Source: a virus (lineage: Duplodnaviria > Heunggongvirae > Uroviricota > Caudoviricetes). From it: 64,000 nucleotides of DNA. This document shows positions 1 to 10,149 of the stretch, in pieces; within the stretch, counting starts at the first letter, position 1; every line of letters begins with the position of its first letter. A program made the translations under genes and the position numbers. A model generated the notes under the pieces. That model saw nothing but the letters and a program-made list of their open reading frames with translations. It was not told the origin of the DNA and did no database searches. The stretch lies in IMG/VR virus record IMGVR_UViG_3300035659_000002. One strand, written 5' to 3'.

Positions 1-13
1 TTGTATTTGGTCA

Positions 14-448
14 TTATTCATCTCCCTTAATTTTTCCGCAGCCATCGCAATCAGGACATTGGCTTTTTTTCGTTATTTTTCCGGTTCGATTTTTCACGGC
101 CATGCTTTGTATTCCTGACCCTCCACAGGTCGGGCAAGGATCACCCGGTTTCGGTGCCGGGAATTGCATGACAGGAATTTCAACCGTGGTTGGTTTTTTT
201 CTTGGATCAGTTCGAGGGGTGATTTCGCCCGTGTATGGGTCTTGCCACAAATTCCATTTATCCAAAAATTCAATCTTTTTAACTCCTTGAATTATCTCAA
301 TACTCCGTGCCTTTAATTTGTCTGGATATGCGGCCTGGGCGACATTGCCTTTCACGGGAACGATATGACCGGTTTCTGTTTCGATAAACGTCCCGATGAC
401 AAGCCCTTTATTAAGCAATCGCCTTGCAAGGACAAATGTATAGGTCAT
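14..448 (-). CDS. Shared-N-module protein with DnaJ-type CxxCxGxG zinc finger
   Basis: 144 aa. N-terminal MTYTFV...TGxxVPVKG module is shared with five neighbouring genes. C-terminus has PCPTCGGSG and CPDCDGCG repeats. Confidence 0.5.
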   Translation of the reverse strand: MTYTFVLARRLLNKGLVIGTFIETETGHIVPVKGNVAQAAYPDKLKARSIEIIQGVKKIEFLDKWNLWQDPYTGEITPRTDPRKKPTTVEIPVMQFPAPKPGDPCPTCGGSGIQSMAVKNRTGKITKKSQCPDCDGCGKIKGDE

Positions 449-452
449 GGTA

Positions 453-797
453 TCACTTGATATGACGTAGTATTCGACGCATTGAGATTAAAATGTTTTT
501 GTACCTGGGCAACCAACCTACATGCCATTTCCTGATTTTCTCATTCCAAACTTGTTGAAGGAGGTCCAGATCCTTGTTTTTTATCCTCGTGTGTTGAAGA
601 AAACAATATTGGTCCCGAGCAACCTTTATTGCTTTGAATGCTCGCCAATATCGTTCATATTCATCGATCCGTTTTTTTTCTTTATCAGTTATTTCTTTTC
701 TTTTCCGAAGTCTTGCCAATTTGTTTAGGATGTAATGACCTCTTACCTCATTCAATGTTTCAACATATACCAAATCCAAGTCCATGCAAATATCCAT
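453..797 (-). CDS. hypothetical basic protein
   Basis: ORF 453..866; the likely start is an internal Met after the prim-pol stop. Lys/Arg-rich (RLRKRKEITDKEKKRIDEYERYW). Confidence 0.35.
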   Translation of the reverse strand: MDICMDLDLVYVETLNEVRGHYILNKLARLRKRKEITDKEKKRIDEYERYWRAFKAIKVARDQYCFLQHTRIKNKDLDLLQQVWNEKIRKWHVGWLPRYKNILISMRRILRHIK

Positions 798-804
798 GAT
801 CGGT

Positions 805-2361
805 TCACACGTATTGATCAGGATGTGCAAGCACGTAATCAGGATCGGCATGAACATCTGGATCAAAGTTTAATTTTTTGAAATTAATCGGAACACTAGC
901 GAAACAAGAATCCCACCGCAGCGAGAATGGTACAACCACCACCTTGTTCGATGAACTACCTTGCGACCAATCAATTGAAATATATCCTTCTGGTGGATGC
1001 TGCACGCCCGCAACAAACTTCGGTGGTTTTCTAAATGCTGTCGATGCCATGCGGAGATTCAAATCCTCGACCAGGCTTTCGACCATTGATCGTGCTTTAA
1101 CGATATTAAGTTCGATATTTTCCTTGGGTTGATAGAAAACGTGATATCCGGTTTTACCACTAAATACCGTCCATGGATAATATTTATCGAGCATGAGATT
1201 TTCGATAAGCTGCGTTGCCCAAACGGCATCAAGTTTCGGAACATTCACGTCAATATCAAGCATGTAGACTTTTGGATTTTTTGGAACGCGTGTCATGATA
1301 TCCGATATACCGCTGTTTATTTCTTGAAGCTTGGCTATTGGCTCTTCAAGTGCTAATATGGATTCGACACTAGCTATACTTCTAAAAATTGCTTTTTTAG
1401 CATAGGTGATTCCATCCAATTCTTTTGGCTTGTTAATGTTGCGATCAAATTCATGCTCGGAGATGAGCCAAGTATCAATGCGTGTCCCATTAAACCATTT
1501 GATAAAAGATATGATCTGCTTCGAGATAAACGGGTTCGTGTAATATGCCCATCGTGCGGCCTTGTCCCAAACCTTGCATTTCACTTTCCCCCACCGTGAA
1601 TCGAGAGGAACGATTTTTTGTGGAATTGTAGTTTTGGGTTTAATCGCCGGTGTTTTGGTCACGGGTTTCTCTTCTTCACCTAATGTTTCAGCCTGCACGA
1701 GCCAATTCGATGGACCACGACCACCTTTGAAAATCGAAAGCTTTATACCAATATCTATCAATCGAATATTGAAATGATCTTCGTGCCGCGTGACCTTGGC
1801 TTTACCACGTTGCACGACTTCCCAATGTCCAGCTTTTGAAGGTCCGGCCTCGGCAGGAATATCACCACTATCGGATGTTAAAAAACTGATCGGGTGGGCC
1901 GGTTGAAAAAATAAAGGTACTTTTCTATTGATTGGGAAATAAGGAGTCTTTGCCTGGACCATAGCTTTGGTTGCCCCGGCAACAACAAAATCCACGCAGA
2001 ACGGATCAGCACGATCCCCCACGGCAAAATCAAAGTGCGGGCGATTGTTATAATGAACGCGTATAGCATATTCCAGATCACGTTCGATAAAAGGAGGATG
2101 ATTCAATAGATCGAGGCTAGGTGGTCCTTCAGTATAAACATACGGTTTGGAGATTGAAAAATATTTCAATAGGAATGGTTTTGCCTTGGGTGTTGAGAGA
2201 ACGTCGATTTTTTTTGTTGCTAACAATTCTTCGCTCGTTGTTTGAAGTAAAACACCCTTGACAGGAACAAGATCACCGGTTTCTCTATTGACAAAAAATC
2301 CGGTGATCCGGTCACCATGCGTTTCTGTTTTCACGAATGCGTATGTCATGATTTTCCCCAC
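805..2361 (-). CDS. Archaeo-eukaryotic primase/polymerase (prim-pol) with shared N-module
   Basis: 518 aa. Carries YMLDIDVNV (DxD) and FSGKTGYHVFY (sGxGyH) prim-pol motifs. N-terminal MTYAFVKTETHGDRITGFFVNRETGDLVPVKG module. Confidence 0.6.
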   Translation of the reverse strand: MGKIMTYAFVKTETHGDRITGFFVNRETGDLVPVKGVLLQTTSEELLATKKIDVLSTPKAKPFLLKYFSISKPYVYTEGPPSLDLLNHPPFIERDLEYAIRVHYNNRPHFDFAVGDRADPFCVDFVVAGATKAMVQAKTPYFPINRKVPLFFQPAHPISFLTSDSGDIPAEAGPSKAGHWEVVQRGKAKVTRHEDHFNIRLIDIGIKLSIFKGGRGPSNWLVQAETLGEEEKPVTKTPAIKPKTTIPQKIVPLDSRWGKVKCKVWDKAARWAYYTNPFISKQIISFIKWFNGTRIDTWLISEHEFDRNINKPKELDGITYAKKAIFRSIASVESILALEEPIAKLQEINSGISDIMTRVPKNPKVYMLDIDVNVPKLDAVWATQLIENLMLDKYYPWTVFSGKTGYHVFYQPKENIELNIVKARSMVESLVEDLNLRMASTAFRKPPKFVAGVQHPPEGYISIDWSQGSSSNKVVVVPFSLRWDSCFASVPINFKKLNFDPDVHADPDYVLAHPDQYV

Positions 2362-2370
2362 ATGAATATT

Positions 2371-3501
2371 TCAATAAGCATGACTCCTTACTTTTTTAGT
2401 CGTGCCGTCTGGATTAGCATAGATAGTAATATTGTCAATATCGCATTCTTCAACGCTGCCATCGCATTCTTCTGACCAGCTCTTCAAAACCACGGGTTTT
2501 CCGGTACGCTTGGCTTCCTCGAACCTTGATTTTTCTACATCCGCTTTCTTGGCAGCTATCTCCTCTTTTCTTTTCTTCTCCGCTTCGATTATTGGTTTCA
2601 TGTATGCTTCGGCTTGCTCGATTGTAAATTCCTCGCCTAGTACCTTGATAATTTGATCATCAACATGATACCCCCATCCACTGACATAATGAGCAAGGCC
2701 AAGTTTTTCAAGTGCTTTGGCTTCGTCGCCGTGAAGCATCCATCCTGATAAATATTCTCCCTCATAATAATAGGGCTTTATCATCATTCTACTTTGTGTT
2801 GATTGCCGTAATGCTTGCATTTTAGCATCCCAATTTTTGTGTTGGAACTTCAAGCCATCCTCGGCTTGCTCCAAGGTTTCATTCACGATTATGCCGGTTA
2901 TTTCACCAAATTCATTAGCATTTGGAGCGAAAAACTTTGAAAGCCATGACCCATTCCCGCTTATAGCAACACGACCATAAATTCCCGATATGCTTGGTGT
3001 CTTGAACCACCATTCTATCCCGGTAGGATCGGTAACCGGTTTGCGGGCCGAACCATAACGCGACCAAGGATCAAATTCAATAATGGTTCTCATTTCAAAT
3101 ATATTTTGTCTATCCAGAGACAACGGATAATTTAGATAAATGCAATATTCATCGGCCAAGGCCGGGACTTGCTCGACAATTCTAAACACTTTCATTATCA
3201 GTTTGGAACTCGGTAATCCATATTCACTAATCTGTTCTAGTGCCTCGCTTGCAATCCTGTTTCCTATCGGTTTTCGTGAGCTATAGATATATACACCTTC
3301 CACAGGTCTCATTCCTTTCAAATATCGTTCGGCATCCCCACCCTTAACAATTGGAATGCTTTTTGTTGCAAGCATGTTTTCACTTGTTCTTTGAAATAAA
3401 ATGCCTTTGACTGGGACCGGTTTTCCTGTTTCTATGTCGATGAAAAACCCTTTGATTTCCGTTCCTTGTGAACTCGTTTGCACGAATATATATTTGGCCA
3501 T
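2371..3501 (-). CDS. Shared-N-module protein, function unknown
   Basis: 376 aa. N-terminal MAKYIFVQTSSQGTEIKGFFIDIETGKPVPVKG module; the rest is unrecognised. Confidence 0.5.
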   Translation of the reverse strand: MAKYIFVQTSSQGTEIKGFFIDIETGKPVPVKGILFQRTSENMLATKSIPIVKGGDAERYLKGMRPVEGVYIYSSRKPIGNRIASEALEQISEYGLPSSKLIMKVFRIVEQVPALADEYCIYLNYPLSLDRQNIFEMRTIIEFDPWSRYGSARKPVTDPTGIEWWFKTPSISGIYGRVAISGNGSWLSKFFAPNANEFGEITGIIVNETLEQAEDGLKFQHKNWDAKMQALRQSTQSRMMIKPYYYEGEYLSGWMLHGDEAKALEKLGLAHYVSGWGYHVDDQIIKVLGEEFTIEQAEAYMKPIIEAEKKRKEEIAAKKADVEKSRFEEAKRTGKPVVLKSWSEECDGSVEECDIDNITIYANPDGTTKKVRSHAY

Positions 3502-3505
3502 TAAC

Positions 3506-5074
3506 TTATCGCTTTTTTTTATTTGCGTGTTTCTTGGGTTTCTTGTTATACCCCTTGAATGTTTTTACCGAACCATCGGCCATGAAAACGGTGATGTCCT
3601 TGAACCTGTGTGAATATGCTTGATCTTTGCGAATGAAAACAACGGCCTCACCAAGATTCTTAAAGGTCATTGACCCACCCAACGGCATATTAACTTTAAA
3701 CCATGTATCGGTATTGGTCTGGAATTGCTCGATGGTATATTCACCAATTCCTGATCCAATGGTTACTTGTTCAATTCCCGCCTTTGCCCAATTTGGTCGG
3801 TCCTTGCGTTCCGAACCCGCAGCTATACCGAGCAATATACCCAAGTTTTCCTCGGCAGATAATTCGGTGTCTAGATAGCCCCGGTCCCAATCCTCTGGCA
3901 TGTGCGGAATTGAACGTGCCGATGCAGCTTCACGACCATATTGTAATACATTCGCACGTTTCCAATAATCCGTCCACATGCGCGGAAGCTGAATTTTCAA
4001 CAATTCTATTTTCGAGACCTCTGTTTTGATTTTTCCGAGCTTTTGCATGGGCTTGAATCCACCGGTAGCTGGATCATGCACAAGCCCCTTGGCCTTGAAA
4101 AATTCTTGCGCGGCCTTTCCCTTGATCGTGGTAACACTAGTTGCTTTTAATTCCCTTTCACTAGCGGTCCTAACCGTACCACCTTCCATGGGAATAATCT
4201 CGCCGGTGTCTTTTTCGATAAATACGCCGGTAACCAGGCCCGGTCGTGGACTCCCCGTTTTAACGAACTGATAGATCGATCCTGCCGCGGAATTTTGTTT
4301 TAATTTCATTGATGATTGTTTCAATGTTTTCACGGCTGATTTTGGTTTGTTTATAATTTCTTGAGTCTTTAGAGGATTGGGTTCTGTTTTTTCAAAAGAA
4401 TCAATTATGGCTTGTCGAATCTTTGCCCAATCTTTTCTTGGCTTTATGCCTTGGTTTTTTAATTGAATGTTTGCAGCTTTAAACTTCTCATATTCTATTT
4501 TCATTAGCATTTTTAGTCCTGGGTAATTTTTGATATCAACCCCTATAGCATTGGTGAATGTACTTATCAAATTTCCTGTCCCACAATGCGGATCTAATAT
4601 ATACACGTCACCAACAAGTGATTTGAACCATTCCGAAAATTCGGTTGGCTTCTCGCTCACCTTGGCCTTGGTGAATGAATTGACATAATATTTCAAGAAT
4701 ACCGTATCAAATGAAGGGAATTGATAATTTCCCTTGGTGAAAAATAAAATATATTCACAATGCCTTCGAGGGCGAGGATCATCAAGGTTTCCTCCACCGG
4801 CGGTAAATTTATTCCAAATTTGAAATGTGACGAATTTCCATCCTATTACCCTCGCTGTACTAACCAGAGCGGTCATGCCTAAAAAATGGCTGAACGTGAT
4901 CAAGAACGAATCAGTTTTTGTTTGTAAATAGGTTCTTTCCATAAATTGTATCGGATCAAAATATTCCTCACCTAATTGACCTGATAAAGAACCGATATAA
5001 GGCACATCGGTAATGACACCATCAAAAACGGCTGGAAGATCAGTCGTATAATAATTTGCTTTGATAAATTGCAT
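3506..5074 (-). CDS. SAM-dependent methyltransferase (beta-class amino-MTase fold, non-canonical DVPY motif IV) with internal copy of shared module
   Basis: Motif IV-like FDGVITDVPY lies upstream of motif I ILDPHCGTGN (beta order). The C-terminal half contains YQFVKTGSPRPGLVTGVFIEKDTGEIIPMEGG. The ORF track starts at TTG 5101; ATG 5074 is preceded by GGGTGA. Confidence 0.55.
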   Translation of the reverse strand: MQFIKANYYTTDLPAVFDGVITDVPYIGSLSGQLGEEYFDPIQFMERTYLQTKTDSFLITFSHFLGMTALVSTARVIGWKFVTFQIWNKFTAGGGNLDDPRPRRHCEYILFFTKGNYQFPSFDTVFLKYYVNSFTKAKVSEKPTEFSEWFKSLVGDVYILDPHCGTGNLISTFTNAIGVDIKNYPGLKMLMKIEYEKFKAANIQLKNQGIKPRKDWAKIRQAIIDSFEKTEPNPLKTQEIINKPKSAVKTLKQSSMKLKQNSAAGSIYQFVKTGSPRPGLVTGVFIEKDTGEIIPMEGGTVRTASERELKATSVTTIKGKAAQEFFKAKGLVHDPATGGFKPMQKLGKIKTEVSKIELLKIQLPRMWTDYWKRANVLQYGREAASARSIPHMPEDWDRGYLDTELSAEENLGILLGIAAGSERKDRPNWAKAGIEQVTIGSGIGEYTIEQFQTNTDTWFKVNMPLGGSMTFKNLGEAVVFIRKDQAYSHRFKDITVFMADGSVKTFKGYNKKPKKHANKKKR

Positions 5075-5078
5075 AGGG

Positions 5079-5855
5079 TCACCCGGATGCTCGAATACCA
5101 ATTGAATTTGGAAATGCCGTGATCAAGCTTGCTTCTCCCGTTCCCGTTAGATATGGATCTAACACGGCCTTTTCGACAAGTGATTTATTTCTTTTTGCTT
5201 GGCGTAGTTCTTTTGATGGCTTGCGACCACTAACAATTTGTTTGAACATCCATGAAAAATCCTCTTGTTTTTCAAAGTTCCAAACCGTGTGTGTCGTGCC
5301 ATCATCGAATTGAATTTCTGCTTGTGGTTTTGGTTTTCCATACATCGGGCTTTTACTATCTCGCTCTTCATGAATTTGGTCATCGAGAATTTCATCAAAA
5401 AGCGGAAATGAATATTTTCCTTCATATTTGGCTTTTTGATAACCACCCGCACGCGCACCATGTTCTTGTCCAGGTACTACCGTGCCTTTCCACCATGAAA
5501 ATAATTCTTCTTGGTCCGGTGGTATTCGGTTTTTTCCAAAATATAAAATAAATTGAACATCTGCATGATGCATTTGTCCCTTTGCCCAAACTTGTTTTTC
5601 ATATAATATCCATTCCTTTTGCTCGGTAATTTTACCGGCGAGGACCAAATCAGGAACTTCAAATATACTCGTGAATACAATCAGAAAACCATAATCCTTG
5701 GTATCATCAAATGCCTTGGCCATGAACGTGTTAAATCTCGAAGGTTCTAGCGGGCCGGTTGGGCCTGCAGTAATGATCCCGTCGAATTGACCTTTTTCAA
5801 AAACCTTTTCCTGATAATCGCCGCGCAATATTTTCATGAATATTATTGCCCCCAT
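5079..5855 (-). CDS. Methyltransferase paralog with degenerate catalytic motif
   Basis: 258 aa. FDGIITAGPT aligns to FDGVITDVPY of the neighbouring gene (DVPY -> AGPT). Motif I LDPYLTGTGEAS is conserved. Confidence 0.5.
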   Translation of the reverse strand: MGAIIFMKILRGDYQEKVFEKGQFDGIITAGPTGPLEPSRFNTFMAKAFDDTKDYGFLIVFTSIFEVPDLVLAGKITEQKEWILYEKQVWAKGQMHHADVQFILYFGKNRIPPDQEELFSWWKGTVVPGQEHGARAGGYQKAKYEGKYSFPLFDEILDDQIHEERDSKSPMYGKPKPQAEIQFDDGTTHTVWNFEKQEDFSWMFKQIVSGRKPSKELRQAKRNKSLVEKAVLDPYLTGTGEASLITAFPNSIGIRASG

Positions 5856-8167
5856 GGATCAATGATCGTGCCATCTTTCAACATTACCTTGAATACATCC
5901 TTGACGTTCTTGGCCCAGGATATTACATAATGCTTTTCGGCTTGATATAACAACATTCGACGGAAAAAGTGCATTCCCAGATACATCAGGGAATAGAAAC
6001 CCGGCGTGGGAATACCACCCATGGCTTCATTAATTGCTTGTGTGAACTCCATGCGTGGCACGTCCATGCCATCCAGGATGTCCACGATGATACAATGCGT
6101 TCGCCGAAAATCGGTTGATTCACCTAGATGCAATCGCATTGCCCGTCCAATCCGCTGATACGTCCGCGTGAATGATTTACCACCTTGTAGCACTATGCAA
6201 AGCATTAATTCATTTATATCGAGGCCCTCACCGACCATGCCGGTCGTGCCGATCAGGACGTGAGTTTTTTTCATGGCAACATCCTTGAATACCATATCCC
6301 TGGTTCGCACGTTCGGATCTTTGCTTTTAACATCGGTAATGATTTCAACCCGTGGACCGGCTACAGCTTCATTTTCCTCTTCTTCAATTTCTGTTTCCTC
6401 GCCAGGATCTTCCTTGGAAGCAACCATTTCAACCTTGAAAGGATACTCGCCATGCTTTGGGATATTCATTTTATCGAGCATCATTTTCAATTGAACGCCT
6501 TGCTCGATTTTTTCAACAACAATAAGCGTGGGCATTGCTCGCTTGTATCCTTCAACACAAATATCTGCGACGAGTTTGTTTCGTGCTTTGTTTAGTGCTA
6601 TGAATGCCTCGATGAATGATGGATAACGATTAGGCATCCGCGTGAGAATTTCTCCTCGTTGCGCTGCTCGTGTTTCTGCTCGCTCGACCGCCGCTGCATA
6701 TATTTTATTGAATAATGGAATAAGGTCATCAGCAATGGGATTCGCAATTAGCTTAATAATTGGTTGCGATAGATATTGATTGCCGTCCTCATATTCAATT
6801 AGCTTCGATGCCGGGAGGTCATAAAGAATATCACCAAGTTTTTCCCTGACTTCCAATGTTTCTTTTGGAGTATCAGCAAACGGGGTTGCACTCAATCCAT
6901 ACCGAAAACTTGCAGGGTTCGCCCTGGCTGCCGCAGCATAGGTTGTCGCCTTGACATGGTGGGCCTCATCAAACACGAGAACGTTAGCTTCTTTCATGAA
7001 GTCGAAAAATATTTTTTTCTGGGTTTCAAATCGTTTCTTTGCTACCGGGTCATTGGATTTTCTTCGACCACTAACCCCGAGCATCATTTCGACGCTATTG
7101 ATCACGGCCACGTTCACATCTAGCTGTCCCGGCGTGTTTGGTATCATTTCAATCTCCGGCTCACCAGGATCTGGTTTCTCGCCGTAGAGGATACCAACAT
7201 GTGGAAAACCACGTTCCCTAAAACGGTCTCGTGTTTGCTTTGCCAGGTTTTTGTTAGGCACGATAAACAAAGCATCCTCACCTAATTTTCCGATCAAGCC
7301 AATACCAATCTCCGTTTTACCTGATCCCGTGGCAAGGCGAAGAATCCCGTTCTTGCGTTTAAGTGCAGCTTCGATGGCCCTGTGTTGATAATCCCGGAAC
7401 TTGAATGGTCGGCCTTTTTTATCGGGATGACCTTCTATCTCGATAAAATTATTAGCAATCTTTTTTCGTTGGTCATCAATCACGACTCGATATTTTTGTG
7501 AAATGAGATGGTCAGCACAATAATACAACAACCCAATATCAGCCATGGCGAGCGATGGTTTTCCCCCAGGACATTTAATCGTTTTTCCATTGATGACCAC
7601 CATGCTCTTGTCATGTTCCTTATCCAAATTCAATTTTCTCAAACAAACAGGACATTGCCAAAACACAAAATATGCTTGATAGTGTTTTGCCCGTTTTCCA
7701 ACACCGGCTATTACATCAGCTTCAGCATACCGCCTTAAGACGCTGTATGCGTTATGGAGATATTGCTCGTTTTCACATCCGAACGTGAAAATATTTTCAC
7801 GATTCTTCACACGGAATATTATTGGTGGAGCGTTCGATGCTTCTTCGGTCGGTGCTGACGGGACATATTCGGGAATGTCAGGTTTGGACGTTGGAACGAA
7901 TCTATCATCGCCCGGTTCCCAATATACCAATTCATGGCTTTCGGACCATTGAAAACCCTCCATGGCAAAGAGCTTCATGAAATTGGGTGTATTCTCTCGG
8001 GAGTATTTATAAAATTCATCGAACCCAGGAATCATGAGATATGGATCTGTTTTGTGTAGAATTTTGTCACGCGTGATACCGGTGTTATCAGTAACCATCC
8101 GGTGCTTATTCGGAGGCATTTTTTTCATTATTTCTTTTAACTGATCAAGCGTTTGAATTTTTGCCAT
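5843..8167 (-). CDS. Superfamily-2 DEAH-box DNA helicase
   Basis: Walker A LATGSGKT, VLVFDEAHH, motif VI QRIGRAMR. N-terminal ~300 aa has a CPVC...CPGG zinc ribbon. Start ATG 8167 is preceded by AGAGGT. Confidence 0.7.
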   Translation of the reverse strand: MAKIQTLDQLKEIMKKMPPNKHRMVTDNTGITRDKILHKTDPYLMIPGFDEFYKYSRENTPNFMKLFAMEGFQWSESHELVYWEPGDDRFVPTSKPDIPEYVPSAPTEEASNAPPIIFRVKNRENIFTFGCENEQYLHNAYSVLRRYAEADVIAGVGKRAKHYQAYFVFWQCPVCLRKLNLDKEHDKSMVVINGKTIKCPGGKPSLAMADIGLLYYCADHLISQKYRVVIDDQRKKIANNFIEIEGHPDKKGRPFKFRDYQHRAIEAALKRKNGILRLATGSGKTEIGIGLIGKLGEDALFIVPNKNLAKQTRDRFRERGFPHVGILYGEKPDPGEPEIEMIPNTPGQLDVNVAVINSVEMMLGVSGRRKSNDPVAKKRFETQKKIFFDFMKEANVLVFDEAHHVKATTYAAAARANPASFRYGLSATPFADTPKETLEVREKLGDILYDLPASKLIEYEDGNQYLSQPIIKLIANPIADDLIPLFNKIYAAAVERAETRAAQRGEILTRMPNRYPSFIEAFIALNKARNKLVADICVEGYKRAMPTLIVVEKIEQGVQLKMMLDKMNIPKHGEYPFKVEMVASKEDPGEETEIEEEENEAVAGPRVEIITDVKSKDPNVRTRDMVFKDVAMKKTHVLIGTTGMVGEGLDINELMLCIVLQGGKSFTRTYQRIGRAMRLHLGESTDFRRTHCIIVDILDGMDVPRMEFTQAINEAMGGIPTPGFYSLMYLGMHFFRRMLLYQAEKHYVISWAKNVKDVFKVMLKDGTIIDPWGQ

Positions 8168-8174
8168 GAGTGAT

Positions 8175-8627
8175 TTACCTCTTGCTTTTTTTACATGCGT
8201 TGAATACCACGAATGCTTTTGGCGATCCGACGAGCTGTTCAATGAACCGTGGCTGCGGCAATGGAGCTGGCACCGGCGAAGGACCGGGAATCGAAGCAAT
8301 CGAAGGAACGGGTTGTCTTGCCTTTAACTTGGCTCTTGCCTTGGCCATGCGTTCCTCCGGGGTAGGGGCATAAGGTTCGACTTTAATAGCTCTTGGCAAG
8401 GGTTGGTTTTCAGCTTCCCATATTTCTCGAGGGATACTTGTAATGAAGGGTTTAGCATCTGGACCTTTAATAAGTCCTACTCTACGTTGTGCTAGCATTT
8501 GTTCTTCGGTTATATTAAATACACGATTCTTGACGGGAACATATTTCCCCGTTTCTGCATTCACGAAGAACCCGACAAGCTGTTTGTTTTCCATTTCCCG
8601 TGTTACAATAAACACGAATGATGGCAT
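8175..8627 (-). CDS. Shared-N-module protein with Pro-rich tail
   Basis: 150 aa. MPSFVFIVTREMENKQLVGFFVNAETGKYVPVK module, then a PVPSIASIPGPSPVPAPLPQP stretch. Confidence 0.5.
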   Translation of the reverse strand: MPSFVFIVTREMENKQLVGFFVNAETGKYVPVKNRVFNITEEQMLAQRRVGLIKGPDAKPFITSIPREIWEAENQPLPRAIKVEPYAPTPEERMAKARAKLKARQPVPSIASIPGPSPVPAPLPQPRFIEQLVGSPKAFVVFNACKKSKR

Positions 8628-8634
8628 GTTCTTT

Positions 8635-9126
8635 TCAACCTCTCATGTATGATAGTGGTGGATCTTGATCAGGATCAGCACCGGGTTGGCTGTACCACGC
8701 GATGCGTTTTTTGATAAATGCATTTGCTCGAAGTATTGTATCAGCACTAACATTGCCTTCAAGTGCTTTTTGTTCGTTATCTTGAATTATTTTCATGTAC
8801 CTTTCAATTTTAGCAACACGACGTTGTTCTTTAGCTTGGATGCTTTGATCTTCCCGCTTCGCAACGCGCCGGGGCTTGGTTGTCTTGGCAGTCGTTGATG
8901 TTTGTGTTTTTGGCTTGCGAGGTTTTGATATAATGCCCTGCGCTTCGAGATATGGCCTCGATGCTTCTCGTGGGAGAACCTTGATCATTTTTATTGCTAA
9001 TAATTCCTTGCTCGTGGTTTGAAGCAATTTACCCTTTATGGGGACCGCTTGGCCGGTTTGAAGATCGACAAAGAACCCGGTGATTGTCTCACCTTGCTTT
9101 CCTGTTTTCACGAATGCATAGATCAT
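8635..9126 (-). CDS. Shared-N-module protein with basic tail
   Basis: 163 aa. MIYAFVKTGKQGETITGFFVDLQTGQAVPIKG module, then a Lys/Arg-rich region. Confidence 0.5.
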   Translation of the reverse strand: MIYAFVKTGKQGETITGFFVDLQTGQAVPIKGKLLQTTSKELLAIKMIKVLPREASRPYLEAQGIISKPRKPKTQTSTTAKTTKPRRVAKREDQSIQAKEQRRVAKIERYMKIIQDNEQKALEGNVSADTILRANAFIKKRIAWYSQPGADPDQDPPLSYMRG

Positions 9127-9130
9127 GTTA

Positions 9131-9607
9131 TCATTTCTTATTTTTGATGAGATTCCAGCATTGCTCTAATAAATCTTCCCGTATCAGCACGTCATTCAAA
9201 TAATCTGCTTCACTTGAAATTAATCGTGCAGTTTCGATACCCTCTTCTCCATCTTTTTCAAACATGTCATGAATAAGCATGGCAAGATCTGAAAAAAACG
9301 ATTCTAATGAATAGGATTTTGAATCGGACGATTCAAGATATTCCTTGCCTATGTCAAATAGCATCTGCCCAAAATCTCGTGCCGTAATATTTGCCCGATC
9401 AACCTTTGCTTCATTCCTTTTCGTGTACCGTGGTTTTACAATTGAATATTTCTTAACGTATAAGATTTCATCAACATCTCCACCCATGCGCCCCTGGGAT
9501 TGCTCTTTTCTTATAACATTGCCTTTGAACGTGAAAAGTAACTTCCCGTCGGTGTCACGGATCCGGACACGAAACTTGCGTGACATGATTGGTTGAAATG
9601 CCGTCAC
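9131..9607 (-). CDS. hypothetical protein
   Basis: 158-aa ORF with an apparent GTG start; no recognisable motifs. Confidence 0.4.
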   Translation of the reverse strand: MTAFQPIMSRKFRVRIRDTDGKLLFTFKGNVIRKEQSQGRMGGDVDEILYVKKYSIVKPRYTKRNEAKVDRANITARDFGQMLFDIGKEYLESSDSKSYSLESFFSDLAMLIHDMFEKDGEEGIETARLISSEADYLNDVLIREDLLEQCWNLIKNKK

Positions 9608-9680
9608 GCGTCTATAAAATGTTTTCCCCGGTCAATACCCGGATGCCTTGTTAGAGAATAGAAAAAAGGATAAATGGATA

Positions 9681-10130
9681 TTACTTCTTTTTTTTCGGTT
9701 TTACCGTCTTTATTTTTGCCCATTCGCCAAACGTGGCCTTTTTCCAGCTGCCACTGACTTCACGCATCCACACGCTATTATCTTTGGTCCTGATGTCATA
9801 TTGATATTCAGCCCAATCATCATATCCAACAATATTGTCAATCTCCCAATCGCCAGCTGACAATACATCTCCTCTTCTTACACCGGCTTTTATTTTGGCC
9901 TCGCTTAAATCGTGTCTTACCGCTAATTGTGCAACCCGCTCGGCATTCAGTTTTTCTACAATATCCTTCCTGGCAAAATCAATCGTGTGACCCTTGGCAA
10001 CCTTGATGATGTTATCAATGCTCTTATCTTTTAGTGCTTGTAACGCAATACCAAGACCTTCGGGATAGCCGTCAAAATGCGTGGCAATCAAAGGATCGCC
10101 ATTTAGTGATATCATTGCTCGTGTTCCCAT
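9681..10130 (-). CDS. hypothetical protein
   Basis: 149 aa. Preceded by the promoter-like motif TTTTAACAAAAATG-TTTATCTA at 10150-10180. Confidence 0.45.
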   Translation of the reverse strand: MGTRAMISLNGDPLIATHFDGYPEGLGIALQALKDKSIDNIIKVAKGHTIDFARKDIVEKLNAERVAQLAVRHDLSEAKIKAGVRRGDVLSAGDWEIDNIVGYDDWAEYQYDIRTKDNSVWMREVSGSWKKATFGEWAKIKTVKPKKKK

Positions 10131-10149
10131 GGTGAATCGAGCAATATCT

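Noticed and set aside
3506-8299. Methyltransferase plus SF2 helicase as a type III restriction-modification system
   Set aside because: The helicase has no recognisable PD-(D/E)xK or other nuclease motif. The methyltransferase motif IV is non-canonical. Both are embedded among prim-pol and shared-module genes, so a replication module is more parsimonious.
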